From: an uncultured Clostridia bacterium
GTDB lineage: Bacteria > Bacillota > Clostridia > Oscillospirales > CAG-272
Reading direction: 5' to 3'
DNA length: 64,000 bases
Assembly (NCBI GenBank): GCA_904501985.1
Contig: CAJGCT010000002.1
Location: 3,596-67,595, forward strand
Part shown: piece after piece, positions 36,019-45,949 of the stretch
Layout: the number at the start of each line of letters is the position of its first letter
Position numbering within the stretch: the stretch's first letter is position 1
Program-made: the position numbers and the translations under genes
The notes under the pieces: model-generated
Seen by the model: only the letters and a program-made list of their open reading frames with translations
Told to the model about the DNA's origin: nothing
Database searches by the model: none

Positions 36019-37923
36019 TCAATATATATCTTCCGCCGCTGTGGAATTCAGCGTTTTTCTGATTGCAGCACCAAGTCCCAGCATAAGCCAGAACATCAAA
36101 AACACACGGTAATTGTACCATATATAGTCCGTCATTCCCTGTGCAAGCACTGCAAGCATACCGCAGAACACAGCATTTGAAAAGTATTTGTCCGAACGGC
36201 TCTCATTCACGTGCAGTGTCAGACTGCTTTGGATATATATGAATATCGCCGCCACGAAAACTATAAGTCCCACCGCACCAAGCTCAACAAGTATCTGCAA
36301 ATAAAGATTGTGCGAATGGGGAGCTGTCTCAATTCCCGACAGCGCGTAGAGCGGGTAGACAAGCCTGAACGAGTCATTGCCGATTCCGATTCCGCACTGC
36401 CAATAATCCTGCACCATGTTGATAACTCCACGCCAGATATTAACGCGGTATGATGTTGAGCTGTCACCAAGATTTCCTATACTCAAAAACCGCTGTGTGA
36501 TGCTCGCAGGAAGCACAAAGGGAAGGAACGGTATTCCGAGTGAGCAGAAAAGCAGTCCTGTCAGCGTATTTCGGCTGTACATAAGCATAAATATGAGAAT
36601 GCCTATTATAAACCCAAGCCACGCACCGCGCGACCATGTATAGATAAGACAGCCTGCCGCAGAGAGTCCGGCTATGGCAGCCGCAAGCCTTGCCTTGGGT
36701 GTTTTTGATACAACAAATGCGGCAAGCATCAGCGGAATCACCATTATGAGATATTCGGCAAGAACATTGGGATTTTCGAATGTTGATACCACACGGCCCT
36801 CTATTTCACTGAACATATCGGAATCCTGCCATGTCTTCTCCACTGATCCGAAAAAGTTCTGATACAGACCGTACAGGGATACAAGGGTACATGAACTTAC
36901 TGCACCGACAATACACCGTATGACCCAATCGCGGGTACGGATAAGATTTACCGTTAGAAAGTAACCAAGCATGAAGGCAACATATACAAGCATGGGCTTG
37001 ATACTTGCGCTTGATGCCGCAACAAATCCCCCGCCTATCATAAGCAGCATAAAGATCAGCACGACCCCATCCATAAGATCAAGTTTGATCGAACGCCGCC
37101 CACACATTGCTTTAAGCAAGAAGCAGAATGAGATATAGAATACCGCGCCCACAAGAGCCATTGTAGGTGCAAACGGAAGCACGCAGATAACGGCAAGGAC
37201 ACCGAATTCGGGTTTAATAAACACAATATAGGCGGCTATCAAACCGAGAATCCCGATAAGCAGTACAAGAGGATGGGCAAAGAAGGACATCACTCCGAAA
37301 ACAAGACCGGCTATAAAAGCTACGTTAAATTTTCCCTCTTTCTCCTCACGTCCCTCAAAAGTCTCCTGACGTATTCCGGCGAGCTTAAAAAGCACCAACC
37401 TCGCCGATGGACTTGTAAGCAGTGCGCCTGCAAGATTCTGCCTTGATGCTATCATCATTACCGACATAATAAGCATTATTGTAAGCGTAAGTATTACACT
37501 AATATCAACTCCGCTCCCGGAGTCAAGACGAAAGGTTTTAAAAAGATATACCACCGCACTGTAAAGTGCCGCCGAAAACATAAAGATACCGTAGGATTTC
37601 ATGGAGCTTGACAGCATTCCGTCAAGCGTTCTTCTGACAAAATCAAGTATCGTACTGTTTTCAATTCCGCGCGCTATATATCTCTTTGCCGGCGTAATGA
37701 GCCTGTCACCAAGAGCCAGTCGCCGCATTCCGCAAACCGCGGCACTGTCCGTCACCGCCTTATTTTCCCTGTCATATGAAGAAAACAATCCGCCGATAAG
37801 GCCAAGTGACAGCTTTCTGTATATCCACGAGGATGCCCGTCCAAGAAGTGACAGTATAAGCGATGATTTAATGATACCAACGCCGGAGTCATTTTCTGTC
37901 GACTCTGTGTTTTTTCTTATCAA
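36019..37923 (-). CDS. O-antigen ligase/polymerase-like (Wzy_C) polytopic membrane protein
   Basis: More than 10 TM helices and a Wzy_C-like loop (IYTWSRGAWLGFIIG). Confidence 0.75.
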   Translation of the reverse strand: MIRKNTESTENDSGVGIIKSSLILSLLGRASSWIYRKLSLGLIGGLFSSYDRENKAVTDSAAVCGMRRLALGDRLITPAKRYIARGIENSTILDFVRRTLDGMLSSSMKSYGIFMFSAALYSAVVYLFKTFRLDSGSGVDISVILTLTIMLIMSVMMIASRQNLAGALLTSPSARLVLFKLAGIRQETFEGREEKEGKFNVAFIAGLVFGVMSFFAHPLVLLIGILGLIAAYIVFIKPEFGVLAVICVLPFAPTMALVGAVFYISFCFLLKAMCGRRSIKLDLMDGVVLIFMLLMIGGGFVAASSASIKPMLVYVAFMLGYFLTVNLIRTRDWVIRCIVGAVSSCTLVSLYGLYQNFFGSVEKTWQDSDMFSEIEGRVVSTFENPNVLAEYLIMVIPLMLAAFVVSKTPKARLAAAIAGLSAAGCLIYTWSRGAWLGFIIGILIFMLMYSRNTLTGLLFCSLGIPFLPFVLPASITQRFLSIGNLGDSSTSYRVNIWRGVINMVQDYWQCGIGIGNDSFRLVYPLYALSGIETAPHSHNLYLQILVELGAVGLIVFVAAIFIYIQSSLTLHVNESRSDKYFSNAVFCGMLAVLAQGMTDYIWYNYRVFLMFWLMLGLGAAIRKTLNSTAAEDIY

Positions 37924-37943
37924 AAGTATACCTCCCTCTGAAA

Positions 37944-39539
37944 TTATTCCGAAATTTTTATCTTAGCAAGCTTTGCAAACAAAAGATATGCAATAACTGC
38001 CGGTGCAAAGCTTACAGCCGCCTTGATTGCATTTACCGCAAAGGAAGCTTCAAACGGTGTGCTTGCAAGAAGCCGTCGCATTACAAAAGTTACTGCGAAC
38101 ACAAGCACTCCGCCGCATATTATTTTTACCGCATTTACAGCAAGTCTTGCCGAGAGAACACCGTCAAGCCGCTTTGATGCAAAAATGAGAAGAATTATTG
38201 CCGAGGCAGCCTGTCCTGCCGCATTTGCAGCACCAACCGCACCGATATCAAGAAGCTTAAAGTTCACAAGCAGTGCGCCGACTGCGAAATTTGCCCCAAT
38301 TCCGCCGAGTGCCGCATACATAGGAATCCGCGGCATATTTTTGGAATAGAACACGCGTGAGAACAGCTCTGTAACACAGAAGAACGGCATAGCAGGCAGT
38401 ATAAACCCAAGAGCACGCGCCGTATTTGCGGCATCAGTCGGTGTAAATTCTCCGCGCATATAAACAATGGCTGTTCCCTCGCCACGAAGTACAGTTGCCG
38501 CCGCCATAAAGGGGATAACTATAAACAGTGCTGACGTGATTCCTCCACGTACAGTTTCTCCGAATTCATGTGTTTCACCGGATGCAGACAGCTTTGATAT
38601 TTTCGGGAAAGTATAGTTGCATATACTGTAAGTAAGCGTTCCGGCGATTATTATATAAATATTGTTTGCATAGTCAAAAACAGTAGTAGCTCCGGCAACA
38701 CCACTCTGTGCCGCAACCTGTGCCGCAAAATACTGTCCGATAAGCACACCTGCCGGTGCAAGCCACGAGCCTATCATAATGGGCGGTGCCATTTTAAGTG
38801 CGCGTATCAGGGCAGGATTCTTTAAATCAAAGAGCAGTCTGTAGCGAAATCCCTTGCGGTGAAGCGGCACAATCAGTGTAAGTAACTGTATGAGCCACGA
38901 CAAAAGATAAGCCACGGCAAGACCGTATATGCCTTTTTCTCCAAGTGGCTCATTGAATACAGCAAGATACAGCACAACACCTGCGTTTGACACGGCGCTG
39001 ATAAGTGCAGGAGCAATAAACGAGCCTTTTGACTGAAGCACGCCCACAAGCGTATATGCCGCTCCCGTGAACATAACAAGCGGAAACATTATACGCGTAA
39101 GCGTGACTGCAAGTGCTACTGTCTGCGCATCAAGTCCCCGTGTAATAAGGGAGATAAACGGCTCGGCGAATATGATTCCCACTGCCGCCAACACGCCGCA
39201 TAGAACAACTATGAAATTTACAAATATGCAGGCAAAAGCATCTGCCTCTTTCGTGGACGAGCCATCCGCATCACGTTCCTTGAAGCTGTTATACACAGGT
39301 ATGAAGCATCCAAGCACTGCCGCCGCAAGAAACATATCAAAGAAAGCAAGCGGAAGCTTTGATGCGGCAGTAAAAGCATTTGCCGCCGAGGATGTTCCGT
39401 AGGCATTCGCCTGAAGAACACCGCGAAGCATACCGAGAAGCTTTGCTATGACCGTAGCTCCCATCATGACCGCTACGGTTTTGACGGCACGTCCGCCTGT
39501 TTTGTTCCCTTTATCTGCCATTTTTAAGCTCTTCCTCAT
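37944..39539 (-). CDS. murJ: Lipid II flippase MurJ (MviN family)
   Basis: MOP-superfamily 14-TM protein with an N-terminus (MMGATVIAKLLGMLRGVL) typical of MurJ. Confidence 0.88.
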   Translation of the reverse strand: MRKSLKMADKGNKTGGRAVKTVAVMMGATVIAKLLGMLRGVLQANAYGTSSAANAFTAASKLPLAFFDMFLAAAVLGCFIPVYNSFKERDADGSSTKEADAFACIFVNFIVVLCGVLAAVGIIFAEPFISLITRGLDAQTVALAVTLTRIMFPLVMFTGAAYTLVGVLQSKGSFIAPALISAVSNAGVVLYLAVFNEPLGEKGIYGLAVAYLLSWLIQLLTLIVPLHRKGFRYRLLFDLKNPALIRALKMAPPIMIGSWLAPAGVLIGQYFAAQVAAQSGVAGATTVFDYANNIYIIIAGTLTYSICNYTFPKISKLSASGETHEFGETVRGGITSALFIVIPFMAAATVLRGEGTAIVYMRGEFTPTDAANTARALGFILPAMPFFCVTELFSRVFYSKNMPRIPMYAALGGIGANFAVGALLVNFKLLDIGAVGAANAAGQAASAIILLIFASKRLDGVLSARLAVNAVKIICGGVLVFAVTFVMRRLLASTPFEASFAVNAIKAAVSFAPAVIAYLLFAKLAKIKISE

Positions 39540-40275
39540 CGCTGTTTGTTTTCTCGATTCCCACTTCTGTGCCCTGCAAAAGCTCGGGACGGCACTCCAT
39601 GGTTTTCTTTATTGCCGCCTCACGCCGCCATTTTTCAATATTGGCATGATGTCCGGAAAGAAGCACATCCGGCACAAGTCTGCCGCGAAAATCATAGGGA
39701 CGTGTATACTGCGGATATTCAAGCATTCCCGATGCGATACTCTCACCGCGCCAGCAATCCTCATTTGTAAGCACGCCGTCAAGCATACGGGAAACGCAGT
39801 CCACAAGCACGCAGGCAGGAAGCTCTCCGCCTGTGAGAACATAGTCCCCGATGGAAATTTCCTCGTCAACGATTTCCTCAATTATACGCTCGTCAACGCC
39901 CTCATAATGTCCGCAGAGGATAATGAGGTTATCGTATTTTGTAAGCTCAAAGGCACGCTTCTGCGTCAGCACCTTGCCTCGCGGCGACATATAGATAACA
40001 CGGCGTTTTGCAGGTCTGCCGAGGGCTTCGTCAGACTCACGCTGAGCTTCCACAACAGATTTAAAACATCCGTATATAGGCACTGCACTCATAAGCATTC
40101 CCATTCCGCCGCCATAGGGCGTATCATCCACACGGCGGTGCTTATTCTCGGAAAAATCCCGTATATTGTGAGTATGTACCTCCACAAGTCCGCCGTCCTG
40201 TGCTCTGCCGATTATGCTCGATGAAAGCACAGTATCCACCACGTCGGGGAAAAGGGTCATAATGTCAAATCTCAT
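39511..40275 (-). CDS. trmD: tRNA (guanine37-N1)-methyltransferase
   Basis: MRFDIMTLFPD start chosen (the ORF track begins 34 codons earlier). GDYVLTGGELPA SPOUT knot motif. Confidence 0.93.
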   Translation of the reverse strand: MRFDIMTLFPDVVDTVLSSSIIGRAQDGGLVEVHTHNIRDFSENKHRRVDDTPYGGGMGMLMSAVPIYGCFKSVVEAQRESDEALGRPAKRRVIYMSPRGKVLTQKRAFELTKYDNLIILCGHYEGVDERIIEEIVDEEISIGDYVLTGGELPACVLVDCVSRMLDGVLTNEDCWRGESIASGMLEYPQYTRPYDFRGRLVPDVLLSGHHANIEKWRREAAIKKTMECRPELLQGTEVGIEKTNSDEEELKNGR

Positions 40276-40801
40276 CTTCGCTCTCCGCATCCTCGAACAT
40301 TCCGGGAATGGGACGGAGAAATACTCTGCCGTCGTCAATATGTCCGATAAATTCTTCAACCGCCGGAACAAGCACATCTCTGCCGTCCTCTGTTTTTACA
40401 GAAAAGAGGTCGGATGCGGGACTTTCGATAAGCTCGGAAAGCATACCGAGGCGTTTTCCGTTACGCTCATCAAAAACAGGGAGACCGATGATGTCCGCAA
40501 TAAATACACGGTCATCATCAATGGGAATATCCTCACGGTCCGCATACACCACGCGGTTTTTAAGAAGCTCTGCCGCCTCTAATGAATCTATTCCGTAAAA
40601 ATACACAAGTGCGCATCCCTTGTGTACAGATGCCTTTGTTACTTCAAGGGACAGATATTCGTCCCTTTTTTTATAGTAGAGCGTTTTTATTTGGCACAAC
40701 ACCTCCGGGGTATCGCACCACGATTCTATTTTGCAGGCACCGCGCACACCGTGTGTGTTTATGATTTTACCGCATTCAAGGTATTTTTCTTTATCTGCCA
40801 T
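40265..40801 (-). CDS. rimM: 16S rRNA processing protein RimM
   Basis: GKIINTHGVRGACKI N-terminal beta-barrel and a PRC barrel. It lies upstream of trmD. Confidence 0.92.
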   Translation of the reverse strand: MADKEKYLECGKIINTHGVRGACKIESWCDTPEVLCQIKTLYYKKRDEYLSLEVTKASVHKGCALVYFYGIDSLEAAELLKNRVVYADREDIPIDDDRVFIADIIGLPVFDERNGKRLGMLSELIESPASDLFSVKTEDGRDVLVPAVEEFIGHIDDGRVFLRPIPGMFEDAESEDEI

Positions 40802-40914
40802 GCTATTACCTCAAAAATAATCTTAATTATAGATATTGTAACACATTTTTCCTCCGTATTCAAGGAAAATCGCAAATTTAATTAAATATATACAAAAAAT
40901 GTTGTATCATACCT

Positions 40915-40943
40915 TGAAAATCGCGTGTTAAAATGGTATAATT
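40915..40943 (+). promoter_or_regulatory. glxK promoter (TTGAAA-17-TATAAT)
   Basis: -35 at 40915-40920 and -10 at 40938-40943. Confidence 0.45.
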
Positions 40944-40974
40944 ATAAAAAATATAAAATTCACAGGAGTTTATT

Positions 40975-42111
40975 ATGAATATAGCTATTGCCATAGATTC
41001 TTTTAAAGGGAGCTTGTCCTCACCTGAAGCAGGAAATGCCACAGCAGACGGAATACGCAAAGTCTTCCCTAATGCTGTTTGCCATATATCTCCTCTTGCC
41101 GATGGAGGTGAGGGAACTGCCGAAGCACTTGCGGCAGCACTTGGCGGAACGCTTCGTACTGTCCGCGCCCACGATGCGCTCATGCGTGAGACCGACTGCA
41201 CATATTTTGTGGCAGGGAACACAGCCATAATCGAAATGGCGGCAGCGGCAGGTCTTCCGCAGCTTGCAAAGGAGGAGCGCAATCCGCTTAACACCACAAC
41301 ATACGGCGTTGGTGAAATTATAGCGGATGCTGTAAGCCTCGGATGCCGCGATCTGATAATAGGCATTGGCGGAAGCGCAACAAACGACGGCGGAACAGGT
41401 ATGCTCTCCGCTCTCGGATTTGGATTTTTGGATAAAGACGGCAAAAAAATCCCACTTGGCGCAAGGGGTCTTGCGAACCTCTCCGGGATTGAGGATAGCG
41501 ATATTATAAACGGACTTCGGGAGTGCCGCGTGCGTGTAGCCTGCGATGTGAAAAATCCACTTTGCGGAGAGCTTGGATGCAGTGCCGTTTTCGGTCCGCA
41601 GAAGGGTGCAGACGAGGAAATGATCCGCAATATGGACGGCTGGCTTTGCAGATTTGCTGAACTTACAAAGGAAAAGTATCCACAGGCAAACAAGGACTAT
41701 CCCGGCTGCGGTGCGGCAGGAGGAATGGGCTTTGCCCTCCGGGAATTTCTCGGCGGAGAGCTTATTTCCGGCATAACGCTTGTACTTGATGCGGTGGGAC
41801 TTGAAGAACATATAAAACAGGCTGATATCGTTGTTACCGGCGAGGGACGGCTTGACTCCCAAAGCGCCATGGGCAAAGCGCCTACAGGTGTTGCCGCGCT
41901 TGCAAAAAAGCACGGTAAGCCGTGCATAGCCTTTGCCGGTGCAGTCACACGGGATGCCTCCGCCTGCAACAGTGCCGGAATTGATGCATTCTTCCCCATT
42001 CGCAGAAGCATTTGCACATTAGAGGAAGCAATGGATACAAAAAACGCCCGCCGCGACCTTACGGACACGGCGGAGCAGGTATTCAGGCTCATAAAGGCTT
42101 TCAAAGGATAA
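40975..42111 (+). CDS. glxK: Glycerate kinase
   Basis: MNIAIAIDSFKGSLSS...PLADGGEGT. Confidence 0.9.
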   Translation: MNIAIAIDSFKGSLSSPEAGNATADGIRKVFPNAVCHISPLADGGEGTAEALAAALGGTLRTVRAHDALMRETDCTYFVAGNTAIIEMAAAAGLPQLAKEERNPLNTTTYGVGEIIADAVSLGCRDLIIGIGGSATNDGGTGMLSALGFGFLDKDGKKIPLGARGLANLSGIEDSDIINGLRECRVRVACDVKNPLCGELGCSAVFGPQKGADEEMIRNMDGWLCRFAELTKEKYPQANKDYPGCGAAGGMGFALREFLGGELISGITLVLDAVGLEEHIKQADIVVTGEGRLDSQSAMGKAPTGVAALAKKHGKPCIAFAGAVTRDASACNSAGIDAFFPIRRSICTLEEAMDTKNARRDLTDTAEQVFRLIKAFKG

Positions 42112-42117
42112 CTCCCC

Positions 42118-42531
42118 TCAGCTCTTACGGTCAAATTTAGTTTTGCACACGGGACAGGTAATAGTAATCGTTCCCCTGCCCTTCGGAACACGCAGATTGT
42201 TTTTGCAGTTCGGGCAGGAGAAATATCTGTGTGTCTTTATGTCTTTCATGCGGTTATACTGAAGCTTGAACCACTTCTTAACGGGCTTCCACACACGGGT
42301 AAACTTATCGTTTTCGTGGCGTCTTGCAGAAATGTTGCGTGAAAGCATCCTGAATACAGCCCATCCAAGAAGTGCATAGGAAAGAAGCCAGAGTATATAT
42401 GATGCAATATCCGATGCCTCTTTTGTAAGAGAAGAAGCAAGCGAAAACGCCATTGATAATATTATTATACCGTATCCGAGAGGGTCAACGCCGTAGCGAC
42501 CCCAGAAAAACCTCATTATTTTCTCTTTCAT
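42118..42531 (-). CDS. Small membrane protein with a C-terminal zinc ribbon
   Basis: Two TM helices, then CPNC...CPVC. Confidence 0.7.
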   Translation of the reverse strand: MKEKIMRFFWGRYGVDPLGYGIIILSMAFSLASSLTKEASDIASYILWLLSYALLGWAVFRMLSRNISARRHENDKFTRVWKPVKKWFKLQYNRMKDIKTHRYFSCPNCKNNLRVPKGRGTITITCPVCKTKFDRKS

Positions 42532-42710
42532 TGCACATTTCCTCCGAAATTCAGAATATATTATAGATTATACGCCAAATTTCACGGCGATTCAATTACA
42601 ATTCTTCAACAAACCGTAAAAATTTCATTAAAGCGTCAAAAGGCTTGCAATTTTTTGAAATATGAGCTATAATAGTTACTGAAAGTTATTTTTGAAAGGA
42701 GTTTTGCACG

Positions 42711-43568
42711 ATGATCCATGATGATACGCAGGACAAGCCGCAGTCCGGATGCACTCATGACTGCTCTACCTGCTCTTCAAACTGTGCGTCACGCGAGAAG
42801 CAGAGTCTTCTTGAAAAGCCGCACGAATTATCAAACATAAAAAAAGTCATCGGTATCGTCAGCGGCAAGGGCGGCGTGGGCAAGTCCATCGTTACCTCCA
42901 TGCTGTCGGTGCTCATGAGCCGTCGCGGTCACAACACCGCTATTCTTGATGCTGACATTACAGGCCCGTCCATCCCCAAAGCATTTGGCGTAAAGGGCGA
43001 GGTAATGGGCGACGGAACAGGAGGTATTTTCCCTCTTGCGTCCAAGACCGGAATCAAGATGATGAGCGTCAACCTTCTTCTTCCTGAGGAGACCACCCCT
43101 GTTGTATGGAGAGGTCCCGTTATTGCAGGAACCGTTAAGCAGTTCTGGACAGACGTTATCTGGGACGATGTTGACTTCATGTTCGTGGATATGCCTCCGG
43201 GAACAGGTGACGTTCCGCTGACAGTGTTCCAATCAATTCCCCTTGACGGAATCATTATCGTAACAAGCCCTCAGGAGCTTGTTTCCATGATCGTGGCAAA
43301 AGCTGCAAACATGGCAAAGATGATGAACATTCCCGTGCTCGGCATTGTAGAAAATATGTCCTACTTCAAATGCCCTGACTGCGGCAAGGATTACAACATC
43401 TACGGTGAGAGCCACATTGCAGAGGTTGCTGAAAAGTTCGGCTACGATGTTCTTGCCAAGATGCCTATTGACCCACGCCTTGCGGCACTCTGCGACAAGG
43501 GTATGCTTGAGCTTATGGAGAATGACTATCTCGACAAGGCAGCGGACAAGATTGAGGGTTTAATCTGA
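42711..43568 (+). CDS. Mrp/NBP35/ApbC-family Fe-S cluster carrier ATPase
   Basis: Deviant Walker A SGKGGVGKS, CPDCG motif and an N-terminal Cys-rich stretch. Confidence 0.9.
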   Translation: MIHDDTQDKPQSGCTHDCSTCSSNCASREKQSLLEKPHELSNIKKVIGIVSGKGGVGKSIVTSMLSVLMSRRGHNTAILDADITGPSIPKAFGVKGEVMGDGTGGIFPLASKTGIKMMSVNLLLPEETTPVVWRGPVIAGTVKQFWTDVIWDDVDFMFVDMPPGTGDVPLTVFQSIPLDGIIIVTSPQELVSMIVAKAANMAKMMNIPVLGIVENMSYFKCPDCGKDYNIYGESHIAEVAEKFGYDVLAKMPIDPRLAALCDKGMLELMENDYLDKAADKIEGLI

Positions 43569-43621
43569 TATCGAAAACCTCGCTTATCTAAAAATTTGAT
43601 AATCAACATTTAAAACACAAG

Positions 43622-43659
43622 AGGCTTTATCCCAAAAACACAGGGATAAAGCCTTTTTG
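43622..43659 (+). terminator. Terminator after mrp
   Basis: AGGCTTTATCCC-N9-GGGATAAAGCCTTTTT. Confidence 0.85.
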
Positions 43660-43692
43660 CAGTTTATCTTATACATTGCGGTTGCGTTTACA

Positions 43693-43899
43693 TCAGGATT
43701 TTCCATAATACTCAACAAACAAATCATTTGGAGTACATTCAAGAATATCACAAATTGCTTTCAGATTTTCAAATTTTATGCTGGCTGTTTGATTGTTGAC
43801 AATCCTGTTGAAGTTTTGATAGCTGAGTCCTAATTGAATATATAGCCAATATTTGGTTTTTCCCTTTTCTTTTAATATATCCAAGATTCTGAGCGTCAT
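43693..43899 (-). CDS. Small XRE-family HTH transcriptional regulator (68 aa)
   Basis: KYWLYIQLGLSYQNFNRIVNNQ HTH and a C-terminal CTPNDLF typical of short Cro/CI-like regulators. Confidence 0.8.
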   Translation of the reverse strand: MTLRILDILKEKGKTKYWLYIQLGLSYQNFNRIVNNQTASIKFENLKAICDILECTPNDLFVEYYGKS

Positions 43900-43947
43900 T
43901 ATATCACCTCCGCATTATATAATGTCATTATTATATACTAAAAAAGG

Positions 43948-43976
43948 CTTGACAAATAGACTTGCGCGTGATATAA
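43948..43976 (+). promoter_or_regulatory. Promoter of the zinc-ribbon gene (TTGACA-17-TATAAT), flanked by 12-bp palindromes
   Basis: -35 at 43948-43953 and -10 at 43971-43976. Palindromes are CATTATATAATG (43912-43923) and AATGTATACATT (43990-44001). Confidence 0.5.
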
Positions 43977-44036
43977 TGTATTCATTATCTAATGTATACA
44001 TTGGATAAAACAAAAAAATCATAGGAGGTACAGAAT

Positions 44037-44348
44037 ATGAAATTCTGTCAACATTGCGGAAAAGAAATAATGGAGAATGCTATGATCTGCGTAAATTGCG
44101 GATGTGCAGTTCAGGAATCAAATCAGACGATTATATCTCCAAACGATCAGGTAAGTGTAGGACTTGTGATATTATCAGTCTTAATCCCTTTATTCGGTAT
44201 TATTTATTGGCCGGTCAAGCACAAAGAAACACCTCGCAAAGCAAAAGCCTGCGGAATTGCCGGAATAATTTCATGGGTTGTCGGAATAATTTTTTCAACT
44301 GTCTTTTGGTCTACCTTTTCCGCTATTTTAATGGGTATAGGATATTAA
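44037..44348 (+). CDS. Zinc-ribbon membrane protein (103 aa)
   Basis: CQHCG...CVNCG followed by two TM helices. Confidence 0.7.
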   Translation: MKFCQHCGKEIMENAMICVNCGCAVQESNQTIISPNDQVSVGLVILSVLIPLFGIIYWPVKHKETPRKAKACGIAGIISWVVGIIFSTVFWSTFSAILMGIGY

Positions 44349-44396
44349 AGACAAACGTTAGTATTTATTAAAATCAAATACATACAAAAAACAAGA

Positions 44397-44436
44397 GCAC
44401 ACTCTATTTTGCAACGCATTTAAAAATAGAGTGTGC
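44397..44436. terminator. Bidirectional terminator (14-bp stem)
   Basis: GCACACTCTATTTT-N12-AAAATAGAGTGTGC. Confidence 0.75.
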
Positions 44437-44468
44437 CTATTATATTTCAATGGTTAAACATATTTTCT

Positions 44469-45035
44469 CTAAATTCCAAGCGAAACGCCGTTAATAAGGT
44501 CGTCAAAGCAGTTTGACACAAACCGCTCATCCGTGCGATAACCCTCAATGTGTATATATCTGATACGGCTGTAGTTGTAGCTTGACAGCGGTCGGTTGTA
44601 GGCATCGTCGCTGTGTGCAGACACAAGATATGTTCTGCGCCCGTATCCCGTAACGATCAGGGTGTGATAGTAGTCACCGTCACGCCGTCCAAGCTGTATT
44701 ACGTCCCCAAGGGACAGTATCTGACCGCGGACCTCACGTCCAAACGGTCCAAGACCGTCACCCACTCCCGGCTCCTCAGCATTTGCGGTAATGAAATTAT
44801 AGAAAAACTCCACTCCCGTCCACCCTGCGGCGCGCTCATCCGATGAGATATAGTACCACCCAAAATCAGGAGTGAAATTCATCTGACAGCATCCGGCAAG
44901 TATACACTGCGACACAAAGCTGGTACAGTTTCCTCCACGTCCTGTAAAATCGAAAAACAGCGGATTTCGTGAAAACGCCCACCGTCTTGCATATGCAACC
45001 GCTCTCGCGCGGTTATATTCCCGAATTTCCGGCAT
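44469..45035 (-). CDS. Putative amidase-domain (Amidase_6-like) protein
   Basis: YNRARAVAYARRWAF...GGNCTSFVSQCILAG. The start was set at MPEIRE (GGAGG 7 nt upstream). Confidence 0.7.
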   Translation of the reverse strand: MPEIREYNRARAVAYARRWAFSRNPLFFDFTGRGGNCTSFVSQCILAGCCQMNFTPDFGWYYISSDERAAGWTGVEFFYNFITANAEEPGVGDGLGPFGREVRGQILSLGDVIQLGRRDGDYYHTLIVTGYGRRTYLVSAHSDDAYNRPLSSYNYSRIRYIHIEGYRTDERFVSNCFDDLINGVSLGI

Positions 45036-45155
45036 ATATGTACCTCCGTTAGTTACTGTTACAGTATATGCCGATACTAAAAATGTGTTTCTTAGCAAAA
45101 CCGAGTCAATAAAAATAAAAATCGGGTCTCCGCCAAAAGCAGAGGCCCTTTAATA

Positions 45156-45935
45156 TTAAACAATACTGACCTCAACACCAAGGTCGCGAACAGTGCTCAC
45201 ATCATCATCCGATGCTTTGGAATCGGTTACAAGATGTATACCTGCTGTGCATTCGCTTACGCGCGTAAAACCAACGTGTCCAAGCTTTGTGTAATCCGCC
45301 GCAATAATTGTGTGACCTGCTGATGCTATCATCATCCTGTCAATTATTGCCTCCTCGGAATGATACGTGGTGATGCCATCGCGGCTCACGCTGTCAACCG
45401 ACAGTATGGCAAAATCCGCCTTATATCGGCTGAGCTGCTCCTGGGCATCGCCGCCGTAGGTGAATCCGTACTTGGGATTTATCTCACCGCCGAGAAGTAT
45501 CACCCTGAATGTGGGAAAATCCGCCAAGGTGTTCGCCACCGATATAGAGTTTGTAACGATATTAAGGTTTTGACGTGACTTAAGCTCTGCGGCTATGCAC
45601 TGTGTTGTGGAGCCGGAATTGATAAAGAGCGTAGCACCGTCAAAAATCATGGCTGACACGGCCTTGGCTATAGCTTTCTTCTCAGAATAGTTATCTCTTA
45701 ACCTAAGTGCGGTATCATCCACTGTAATATCAGCGGTAATTGCGGATAAAATCGCTCCGCCTGACATACGCACAAGATAGCCGTCTTCTTCAAGCGCCGC
45801 AAGATCATTTCGTATGGTCACAGGAGTCGCACCAAGCTCACGGCTAAGTGCCGATACATAAACTTTACCGTCGCGTCGAAGCATATCGAGTATCTTACTC
45901 CTACGCACATCTATTTTAAGATTGCTGCCTGCCAT
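45156..45935 (-). CDS. DeoR-family transcriptional regulator
   Basis: N-terminal wHTH (RRSKILDMLRRDGKVYVSALSRELGATPVTIRNDL) plus a DeoR C-terminal sensor domain. Confidence 0.88.
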   Translation of the reverse strand: MAGSNLKIDVRRSKILDMLRRDGKVYVSALSRELGATPVTIRNDLAALEEDGYLVRMSGGAILSAITADITVDDTALRLRDNYSEKKAIAKAVSAMIFDGATLFINSGSTTQCIAAELKSRQNLNIVTNSISVANTLADFPTFRVILLGGEINPKYGFTYGGDAQEQLSRYKADFAILSVDSVSRDGITTYHSEEAIIDRMMIASAGHTIIAADYTKLGHVGFTRVSECTAGIHLVTDSKASDDDVSTVRDLGVEVSIV

Positions 45936-45949
45936 GATTCCTCCGAAAA

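Noticed and set aside
40878-41693. 271-aa minus-strand ORF (and 41020-41913, 41697-42191) antisense to glycerate kinase
   Set aside because: The translations are Ser/Pro/Ala-rich low-complexity sequences typical of antisense frames of GC-rich codon-biased genes. The glxK reading is unambiguous.
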